A stretch of 64,000 nt of DNA from Octopus sinensis. Its lineage: Eukaryota. Below are positions 29,465 through 39,693 of this stretch, in pieces. The stretch is from contig NC_043010.1 of assembly GCF_006345805.1 (NCBI RefSeq), positions 24,924,001-24,988,000 on the forward strand. Reading direction: 5' to 3'. Within the stretch, counting starts at the first letter, position 1, and each line of letters opens with the position of its first letter. Position numbers and translations under genes: made by a program. The notes below the pieces were generated by a model that saw only the letters and a program-made list of their open reading frames with translations, was not told the DNA's origin and did no database searches.

Positions 29465-29560
29465 CTCCACATCGTACAAATGATGTACCGCTCACGGCGA
29501 CGCTGGAGAGAGTAGAGTTTCAAGGCTTTAAGGCGATCCCAATAATCGAGAGCAGCCATG
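29465..29560 (-). mobile_element. CR1-type LINE ORF2 C-terminal fragment
   Basis: [22 protein letters not shown] with one frameshift. Confidence 0.6.
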
Positions 29561-29657
29561 CCTTCAATTCGTTTAGTGAGTGCTCTCTGAGGTGATTCAA
29601 TCCTCGAGATGTTTTACATATATATATGTATATATATATATATATGTATATATATAT

Positions 29658-29697
<40 letters not shown>

Positions 29698-29803
29698 TAT
29701 ACATATAAATACATATATATACATATATATATACAAATGCATATATATATATACATATATATATACATATATATACATATACATATATATATACATATAC
29801 ATT

Positions 29804-29958
<155 letters not shown>

Positions 29959-30057
29959 GAGAAATGAATTATAATTTCAACAATTGAGGGTAAAATTAAT
30001 TAGTTATTAATCAATTTCACCAAGTATTCAGTATGTAAAAGGACCATTTAAGGCGAA

Positions 30058-30505
30058 TTCAAAATATTACATTATATAAAAGAGCTTAGTAAAAATAAAT
30101 TACTTTGCCACATACTGAACTCATTAGAAATAGCAGCCAAAAAAGTTTTTTTAGCTATTTCTAATACTTAAAGAAAATTTCTCTCAGATAGTGTTTACTC
30201 AGAATAACCCACGAAGGTATGGGGGTAAAAAACATTAAAAAATCACAAGTGCAAAGATTATTTGAGAACGTTACGTTTCTAGATCAGCCAAATAAAATTC
30301 GACATTTCTTTCGTCAGCCCAAAATTTCTTAATTTGGATTTGGAAACACTGAAAGTAGGAACATACCCTTTGGCGACTAAAGAAATTTTCTTTAAGTATT
30401 AGAAATAGCTAAAAAAACTTTTTTGGCTGCTATTTCTAATGAGTTCAGTATGTGGCAAAGTAATTTATTTTTACTAAGCCCTTTTATATAATGTAATATT
30501 TTGAA
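30058..30505. repeat. ~124 bp inverted repeat pair (30,058-30,181 and 30,382-30,505)
   Basis: Near-perfect reverse complements. Typical of inverted Penelope-type termini (inference). Confidence 0.8.
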
Positions 30506-30825
30506 AAATATATATATATATATATATATATAGCATAATTAAATCTCAGAATGAGATTGAAACAGTAATCGCTCGATAATGCCCCAAGTGATCGTCGTCT
30601 CTAGCTGGCTTTAGACACAATATCAGTGCCGTTGGAGTATTTGCACTGATGTCGAAAAACGGACAGTAAGCATATACTTTACATTATCGAGCGATTACTG
30701 TTTCAATCTCATTCTGAGATTTAATTATGCTTACTGTCCGTTTTTCGACATCAGTGGCAGATGCCACTAGAAAAACTTATATATTTCCAAAGCAGCCTTC
30801 ACTTTCGTCGCGACCTGGTGGTTAC

Positions 30826-30868
30826 CGCCCGTTGACGAGGGACAAAAATCCCGAAACTAGTTCGAGCG
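30826..30868 (+). ncRNA. Minimal type I hammerhead ribozyme-like motif
   Basis: CGCCCG-UUGACGA-GGGA(CAAAAA)UCCC-GAAAC-UA-GUU-CGAGCG. Stem I has 5 of 6 pairs, stem II has 4 bp, stem III is palindromic, and C3 is replaced by U. Confidence 0.55.
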
Positions 30869-31038
30869 TATCACTCAGGCTTGCGAGGAAGGGATGGCCT
30901 CCCTTTGCAAATACTCCAAGGCACTGATATTGTGTCTAAAGCCAGCTAGAGACGACGATCTCTTGGGGCTATAAAGCTACAGTAACACCCCCTCCCCAAT
31001 GTGGTTAGCCATGATAAGATGGCTTCTATGCTTTACAT

Positions 31039-31108
<70 letters not shown>

Positions 31109-31144
31109 CATACATACATATATATATAGATAGATACATATATA

Positions 31145-31175
<31 letters not shown>

Positions 31176-31190
31176 TATGTGTGTGTGTGT

Positions 31191-31227
<37 letters not shown>

Positions 31228-31239
31228 CCTTAAATGCTT

Positions 31240-33990
31240 AAAAATGTTTCAGCCCGAACGCTGCGGCCATGCTGGGGCACCACCGTGAATGAGCTACGCT
31301 AATATGTGAATCCACCTCTGATACGTGGCACTTGGTCAACAAGGGAGTTTGATGCCGCTGCCCGCTTCTGTGTCTCCTGCGGTGAGGTAGGTTTATCTGG
31401 GACCCCCGACAAGAACAGATTCAGTTTAGTTTTAAAGAAACCCACATCCACACCATGCAAGTCTCTCAGGCATTTAGGGAGGATGTTAAAGAGCTGTGGT
31501 CCTCTGAAACCCAAGCTATTGCAGTATCTGGTCCTTTATTTTGATGGTGATGTTGGAATCTTTGACACTATGCAGTGGCGCCCCGTTCTGCGGTTGGGGT
31601 AACTTTGAATGCCAAAGTTTGGGACAAGACCCTCCAGGATTTTCCAGATGTATATCACCGCATATTTCTCCCGCCTGCGCTCTAGGGAGAAGAGTTTTAA
31701 TACTTTCAGTCTTTCCCAGTAGCTGATATGTTGCATTGAGACGATCTTTTTAGTGTAGCTTCTTTGAATTGCTTCGAGTTCTGGTGTTAGCTTTATATTG
31801 TATGGTGACCATAGTTGGGAGCAGTAGTCCAAGCGGCTGAGGACGAAAGTTTTCCACAGAACCATCAGTGTCTCCTTCTCTCTTGTTCTGAAGTTCGGAG
31901 AAACCATCCAGCTAGACGTCTGCATTTTATCACCAGATTAGTAATATGCACATGTCAATGCCCAGGTCACGCACTGATTTTGACTCAGGGAATGCAATTC
32001 TTCCCAGGCCAGTGTATCCAATCTGCATGTCGTTTACCTTTGTGTGCTGGTAGCGCAGGGCCTGAAACTTACCTGCATTAAACTGCATGTTGTTGTCCTC
32101 AGCCCACCTGTATATTGTATCCAACTCCTGTTGCAGATGTGCAATATTTCCAGGGTTTTGTATTGTGTGGGAGACTTTTGTGTCATCTGCATAGCTAGCA
32201 AGGGTGGCCATCTCAGTAACTGAGGGCATGTCTGAAAGGGCCACTATGAACATCAGCGGCCCCAAGACAGTGCCCTATGGAACACCGCTTGTTATTTGTG
32301 TTTCCTTGGAGGTGGCTCCATTGCCTTCTATCTTTTAGGAAGTTGTGCAGCCACTCTCAAAGTTTTCCGCCTATGCCGAGACCACGCAGTTTGTGACAGA
32401 TCATACCATGGTCGACTTTATCAAAGGCTTTTGCAAAGTCGAGATATATAAATCCACATTTGAGCCATTTAGTAGCTGTCTTAACACCCATTCATAGTGT
32501 TGCAGGAGCTGTGTTAGGCAGCTTCTACCTGGTCGAAATCCATGCTGGGTGTCAGACAGAAAGTCATTTTCTTCAAGGAACATGATTAGTTTCTTGCGGA
32601 CTATTCGTTCCATGACCCAAACTTCTTTATCTGCTCTCTCCTTTTCATGGGATTGATGCAAACTTTTCTCAATTTCCATTATCATTCTCTCGAGCCGAGA
32701 CTTCTCATCACTTTTGGTGTGCTTGCTCAGGCGGTTCGCAATCCTTATCCGTCGTCTTATGAGAATCATCCTTTCTCTAGGGATCCTGTTTTTGTTTTTG
32801 CGTGTGCTGGGACATATTTGTCACATATGGCTTGTATTATGGACATAAAGCGTTTGTGTTTCATGTCAATGTCCGGTGTGGAGAGACATTGTTGTGATCC
32901 GAGATAATCGTGGGCATCACTTTAACATTATGGATAATATCCATATTGTTTGTGAAGCAGAGATCCAGTATATTATCTGCCCTTGGTTGCAGAACTATTT
33001 GCTCCATGAAAGAGGCATTTGTGAGATGGAGCAGGGACTCTGCCTGTGCCTGCTGATGGTGTGTCATCCCTGAGAGCATCTGCCCCCCCCCCCCGGCCAT
33101 TCCACATTGGGGAAGTTAAAGTCACCTATGAAGAATACACTGTTGTGTTGTTCAAGGTTGGTGAGGACTTCTATTTTTGTTAGGCAGTCTTCAAACATGC
33201 CTGGTTGATTTGGGGCATCTGGTGGGCGATATGTAGTGCATATGACGATATTCAGTTGTCTTATGCGTACAATTTGAGTGTCACACACTGAGTTTGAATA
33301 TGACAACAGGACCTAGGGCGTGAGATCATCTCGGACGTACATTGCAACTCCACCATGGCTCCTCCCTTTTCTATCTGAGCGTATGACTGCATATTGCGGT
33401 ATTGCATGTCACAAGGTCTCTCAGGAATGAGATTTTCCTTTTACAGTTGCCGCGCAGCAGCCCTCCTACGTTCAGTAGAAATATTTTTGTGGTGTGTGTG
33501 TTGGTGTCAGTGGTGGCCATCCTGCATCTGTTGGTGGTGGCCTTATGTGGTGGTAGTTCCAGCTTTGTGTTTGTAGCCATGTCAGCTGCTGAACAATTTT
33601 TTGTGCCATGCACAAAAAAATTGCTGTTCAGCTGCTGCCCTTCTCACATCTGGGTGAAGCTGGCCATTTGTTGGGCTATGCAGTATCTTTTTTGGACCGC
33701 GCACTACATCCGCATATCGTCTTTCAGGAGTGGTCAGTGCGCCGTTTTTCCTTCTTTTATATTTTTCTTTTTCTTTTTGTTCTCCCCGAGGGAGGGATTT
33801 CTGTCTTGTGTCCGAGCGGTTTTGGTAGGGCCTCTGATGTGTAAAGCGAAAGTTCGCACCTTCGACGCCGAACCAGCAGTCCCCATTCAGGTAGAATTTG
33901 CAGATGTTTCTGCCTTTTTCTTATAGTTCTTGCTAAGGTTCTTTTGATTTTTCTGGACTGATTTTGTTTTAGCTTTAATTTTCTTGTCGT
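31240..33990 (-). mobile_element. Decayed CR1-clade LINE (APE + RT) with internal deletions
   Basis: ICTTYRPP, IGDFNFPNVEW, LDLCFTNN, QHGFRPGRSCLTQLL, YADDTKV and YWERLKVLKLFSLERRREKY motifs. Confidence 0.85.
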
Positions 33991-34200
33991 TTACCTCCTG
34001 TTTCCCATCAGTTTTAGGGTGTTTTTCTTTTTTTGCAGCCATCTTTCGTCTTCAGTTGTGTCATTGCTTCCCTTTGTTCTAGGTTCCTCGGTTTTGTATT
34101 TTGTTGGGTCCTGGATGTTTTCTTCATCCTTTTCGCCTTCACTGGTGCAGTCACCTCGTAGGATGATGTCCAGAGTGTCTACGTGTTGCCTGATTAGAGC

Positions 34201-34237
<37 letters not shown>

Positions 34238-34596
34238 ATATAAAATGAGATAGGGGTTGAAAATTCAACCCACTATGGGATAACATATATCCAATATACT
34301 GCTAGAGAGGTACCCAACAAGACTAATACATAGATGTTAAAAATTGCCAACCAATTAGTTCATCTACTGTATTATATGGGCAAAGGTAAAAATATTACCG
34401 TAAATTAATACTACAAAATTAGAAAATGGAGAAACATACTTAAATCAATAAAACATCAACCATCAGATGATACCCAATCAATACTTTATTACACCATTAC
34501 ATAACAGTAAAGGCATTATACAAAACATATTGTAAATATAAATAGACAAGGAAATAGAAATATAAAATATAAAATATAATATGTAATTATATCATA

Positions 34597-34706
34597 TCTG
34601 ACAGCTGTTTCGGCAGTAAGGGCAATCATGCCTCATTTAACCTATAAGCCATAAAGGCAGGTATAAATGAGACATTAACAAGGATGCCCCACGGCCTCTT
34701 CAGAGA
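34597..34706 (-). ncRNA. Hammerhead ribozyme-like motif with extended stem II (Penelope pLTR)
   Basis: Minus strand UCU-CUGAAGA-GGC...GCC-GAAA-CAGCUG-UC-AGA. The core is canonical, the cleavage triplet is GUC, stem III is palindromic, and stem II contains a long hairpin. Confidence 0.6.
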
Positions 34707-35058
34707 ATTTAATTTATTATAATTGTGAAAAAAAATTTTTATCCATATACATATAAATATAAAAATGTAAAATATAAAAACTTGTGCATAACTCCATATT
34801 GCTACACATATATATATATACTCATTGATACAATAATGCAAGATAAACAAAACAAAATAAAACAAAATACATATCAGTATATATATTAATATTAATAAGC
34901 ACAAAAACCTTTTTGGAGCTAACGGGAACAACCCTCTTACAAATTATGAGGGTACCGTACCTGCTAGGGAAAATATAAATGTAATAGATGATACTACTAC
35001 TACCAATACTAGTACTATTGATAGGAATATCGCCAATAATGTTAAATTAACTCATTCG

Positions 35059-35580
35059 TTGAATTTGGGTTTGGATGATGATAACAATTGTAACACTTCT
35101 AATGTGAATGGTGGTACAGGATTGGGGACCAATCTTAGATTACCCCAATCTGTTAATAACTGTAATTTCAGAAACAGAAATAAATGTGTGTTTGGTAATC
35201 AATGCCTCAGGAAGGAGGTAGTTTACCAATGCACTGTGGATACACAATTTAGTAGTAGGGTGTACATCGGAGCAACTATGAATAGCATGAAACAGAGACT
35301 TAATTATCACAGATATACTTTTAGAAATAAAAATAGGATGTACTCTACAGGGTTAAGTGCATACATTTGGGAACTCAAAAGTAAGAACTTAAATTTTAGA
35401 TTAAATTGGAAAATACTAACTTCGGCACCTGTGTATAATGGAAAAAGTAAAAAATGCTCTCTATGTATTAATGAAATTTTTTTCATTATCAAAGCGGGTA
35501 GGCATATTATTAATAACATAAATGAAAAAAACTTTTTTTGCATTCATAAACTACCGTACACTTTTTCTAGATTCAAATAG
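35059..35580 (+). mobile_element. Penelope-like element GIY-YIG endonuclease remnant
   Basis: VVYQCTV...VYIGAT...KQRLNYH...STGLSAYIWELK...WKIL...CSLCINE. Confidence 0.85.
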
Positions 35581-36566
35581 AACTTAGCATTTCTACTATT
35601 AATATTCTAACTCCCTTCTGTAACTAACTATACTAGTGGTCTTCTATAATTCTAAAACATGCAACTTATATATTTATAATTTTATATAATTTTGTAGCTA
35701 CACATGTATAATAATAGATATGTCCAGTATTAATTGTTTTTTTTTGTTTTTTGTATGTGGGTTTTTTGTCTTGTTTTTAAGGGAAATACATTATGACAAG
35801 AAATAATATATTCATTTTGGTATTTGCCTTGTAATATGTGATTCTTGAAGTTTTCTAATATTGCATAGTGTATATGAATATCATAGTTAGATACCTAGCT
35901 CTAGATACTGTAATGCCATTGTGTAATATATGAGAGCCTTTTTGGGAGTTTGTTTTGTTTAGGTTGAGAATCTAGGTTTTTGTATGTGTTTATTTGGCAG
36001 GCTTATATATTGTATATTTGGTGTATCTTTGTACTCACCTTAATTTGTATCTTATGCTATTTACTAATAAACCTTTTCATTTACTAACATTTGGCTTTAT
36101 AAATATTAGCAGCCTTATATATTTAGTCCTATATTTATAGTCTTCTGGATCTGTACATTAAGTTATTCATCTATTCATTTTTTACTCACTATCTACAGGT
36201 ATAAATTTACATAATATTAGCCTGTATATTAAGTTTATATTGGTAATTTCTTCAATATATATCTTCACTTTATTTTATTTTATGTTATTTATTTTACTTT
36301 TATACTCTTTTATGTATATGTGGATATATGCATATTAGCATTACTATATATTAGGTGTACCTGTACCTATGCATTTATCTGAATTGGTTCTCTATGGTAT
36401 CTATCTATGCATTTAGTCATCTACTTATTTATTTATTTATTTATTTACTTATTTAAGTGTAGATTTATACATACATATCAATCATTTATTTTTAATAATA
36501 TATAAATACATATATACTGGCTTGTACTTATGTATGTAATTTTAATTATTATATATATATATATAT

Positions 36567-36629
<63 letters not shown>

Positions 36630-36635
<6 letters not shown>

Positions 36636-38200
36636 GTTTTCTGTGTGTTTTCTGTGTGTTTTTTTTTTTGTGATTTGTGTGGGTTTCGTGTATATTCTTT
36701 TTAAGTTCCGTGTTTAATTTGTGTGTGTTGTATATGGTTTTTGTGCATGTTTTGTGTAATCTCTGTGGTTCGCGTGTTTTTGGTGTGTAATTTGCGTTTT
36801 TTGTGTGTAGATGTGTGTGTTTTGTTGATGATTTGTCTGTGATTTGTGTGTGTTTTGGGTGTCATTTATGTGTTGTGTTTTGTGTGATGTTTGTATGTGG
36901 TTTGTGTGTATTTTGCGTGTGATTTGAGCGTGTTTTGTGTGTTCTTTGTGTATTTGTTGTGGGGTTTGTATGGTTCGTGTGTTTTTAATTTTTTTGTGTC
37001 CTCTTTGGGATTTGTAGAGGGTTTTTTGTGTTTGTTTTAAGTTTCGTGTGTAGTTTGTGTGTTTTTTGTGTCATTTATGTGTTTCGTGAGTGTTTTTCCA
37101 CTTGCTGTTTTGTGTGGTGTGTGGGTTTTTGTGTTTTGTGCCTACTTTGTGCCTATTTTATATGTGCTTTGCGTGTTTTTTGTGTGTGTTTTGTGAGTGG
37201 CTTGTGTTTGTTTTGTGTGTGTTTTCTGTGCGATTTGTGCATGTTTAGTGTGCATTGTGTATTTTTTAATGTTTGCAGTGTTTTATGAGTGCTACTTGTG
37301 ATTTTTGTGGTTCATGTATGGTTTAGGTGTTTTGTAATTTGTATTTCGTTTGCTCATTTTTGAGTGTATTTTGTGTCTTTTGTCTGCTTTGCGTGTGGTT
37401 GATGTATTTTTGGGTTTTGCGTCTGTTTTCTGTTGTCTGTGTATAGTTTGTGGGGTTTTTGGGTGTCATTTGTGTGTTTTGTTTGTGTTTCGTATGTTTT
37501 GTAACTCTTTCCTGTGTGTTTTGTGTTTTACTATTAAGGTTTGGGTTAGTGTTTGTGTCTGTGTTTAGTGTGTTGTGAGTGTTTTTTGTGTGTTTTGTAT
37601 TTTATTTGTTCTTTGTGTTTATTTTATGTGTTTGATTTTTTGTGTGCATTTTGTGTTTTTCGTTCTTTTGTGTGCTTGGTGAGTGGTTTGTGTGTTTTAT
37701 GAATGTTTTGTATGTGATTTGCGTGCTTTGTGTGTTATTTTTGGGTGTGTTTTCTGTTTTTCGTTTTTTGTGCTTTAAGCGGGTTTTGTATATTTTTTTG
37801 TGTGTTTTCTGTGTTTTTGTGTCTGTTTTGTGTGTGATTTTTGTGTTTTGTGTATATTTTTCTCGTCTTTTGCGTGTTTTCTGTTTGGTTGAAGTGTGCT
37901 TTGTGTGTTTTGTGTATAATGTGTGTGTTCTGTGAGGTTTGTGAGTGTTTTGTGTTTTTTGCGTGGGTTTTGTGAGTGTTTTGTGTATAATTTGTATTTT
38001 TTTGTTGATTTTGTGAGAGTTTCGGCGTCTTGTGTGTGTTTTGTTTGTTCTTTGTGTCAATTTGTGTATTTTTGGGTTTTAGGTTGGTTTTGAGTATGTT
38101 TTCTGTGTGATTTCTGCGTTTTGTGCGTGTTTTATGTGTCTATTATGTGTGTTGCTGTTTTTATTTTTCTGTATTTTTTATTTTGTATTTTTTGTGTGTC
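36630..38200. repeat. TG-rich low-complexity rDNA spacer segment (similar tract at 52,285-52,610)
   Basis: Degenerate TTTTGTGTG composition adjacent to the spacer subrepeats at both ends of the unit. Confidence 0.7.
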
Positions 38201-38224
38201 ACAATACGGGTCTGATTCCTTTGA

Positions 38225-38580
38225 CTTATGGGTCGGACCATGTCGCCGTATTCACCAGTTGCATATCGCCACACACTCCAGGCGATTGGCGGCATCGGTC
38301 GCGCCTACGTCCACGTTCACGTGGGCGAGAACGCGAGGTTCGCTTCAGCCTCACTAGATCGGGCACGGTAGCGCGGCGGAGCTCCGCGCGACTGGCGCAG
38401 GCCCGCCAATACCTGCACTGGCCGCAGTTTGTCATCTTTCGGGAATTTACGGGACGGACCACGTCGCCCTATCGACCGCGTGTATCTCGTGACATCCTTG
38501 CGGCATAGGTCGCGGCTACGTCCACGTGCACGTGGGCGACACCGTGAGCTTAGGTGCGTTCCTTCGATATCGGGCATATA
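38225..38580 (-). repeat. rDNA IGS subrepeat family (~200-230 bp), also at 51,805-52,285
   Basis: Shared blocks GGGTCGGACCA(T/C)GTCGC, TCGCGCCTACGTCCACG and CCTGCACTGGCCGCAGTTTGTCATCTTTCGGG. Confidence 0.8.
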
Positions 38581-39626
38581 AAATCGCCGCTTCGTGCCTC
38601 GTCGATAACACACGGACACACACACTCGTGGTCTTCGTCGTACTCAGACTTACTCCCCGGCAATCAACCGGCCGCATAACTCGGCGCACTCGTGCACTCG
38701 ACCGAGAACTCTATCAAGTGAAATCGCCGCTTCGTGCCTCGTCGATAACACACGGACACACACACTCGTGGTCTTCGTCGTACTCAGACTTACTCCCCGG
38801 CAATCAACCGGCCGCATAACTCGGCGCACTCGTGCACTCGACCGAGAACTCTCTCAAGTGAAATCGCCGCTTCGTGCCTCGTCGATAACACACGGACACA
38901 CACACTCGTGGTCTTCGTCGTACTCAGACTTACTCCCCGGCAATCAACCGGCCGCATAACTCGGCGCACTCGTGCACTCGACCGAGAACTCTCTCAAGTG
39001 AAATCGCCGCTTCGTGCCTCGTCGATAACACACAGACACACACACTCGTGGTCTTCGTCGTACTCAGACTTACTCCCCGGCAATCAACCGGCCGCATAAC
39101 TCGGCGCACTCGTGCACTCGACCGAGAACTCTCTCAAGTGAAATCGCCGCTTCGTGCCTCGTCGATAACACACGGACACACACACTCGTGGTCTTCGTCG
39201 TACTCAGACTTACTCCCCGGCAATCAACCGGCCGCATAACTCGGCGCACTCGTGCACTCGACCGAGAACTCTCTCAAGTGAAATCGCCGCTTCGTGCCTC
39301 GTCGATAACACACAGACACACACACTCGTGGTCTTCGTCGTACTCAGACTTACTCCCCGGCAATCAACCGGCCGCATAACTCGGCGCACTCGTGCACTCG
39401 ACCGAGAACTCTCTCAAGTGAAATCACCGCTTCGTGCCTCGTCGATAACACACAGACACACACACTCGTGGTCTTCGTCGTACTCAGACTTACTCCCCGG
39501 CAATCAACCGGCCGCATAACTCGGCGCACTCGTGCACTCGACCGAGAACTCTCTCAAGTGAAAAGGCCGCTTCGTGCCTCGTCGATAACACACGGACACA
39601 CACACTCGTGGTCTTCGCCGTACTCA
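38581..39626. repeat. 140 bp tandem repeat, 7 full units plus one partial (rDNA IGS)
   Basis: Units start at 38,581, 38,721, 38,861, 39,001, 39,141, 39,281, 39,421 and 39,561 and differ by only a few substitutions. Confidence 0.95.
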
Positions 39627-39691
39627 GCTCTGCTTTTGCTAGACAGTAGATAGGGACAGTGGGAATCTCCTCCTCGCCTTCGATCCGTTCA
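39627..39691 (-). other. Diverged copy of 28S sequence downstream of the R2 site (includes R1-site sequence TGTCCCTATCTACT)
   Basis: GCTAGACAGTAGATAGGGACAGT-GGAATCTC and GATCCGTTCA match the 28S at 43,369-43,412. Confidence 0.85.
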
Positions 39692-39693
39692 CC

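Noticed and set aside
30270-30335. CUGACGA...GAAACGUA on the minus strand
   Set aside because: Stems I and II do not pair, so it is at best a decayed hammerhead.
38581-39626. Regular repeat as a CRISPR array, and the repeated 63 aa ORFs
   Set aside because: The units are contiguous near-identical 140-mers with no unique spacers, in a eukaryotic rDNA context.
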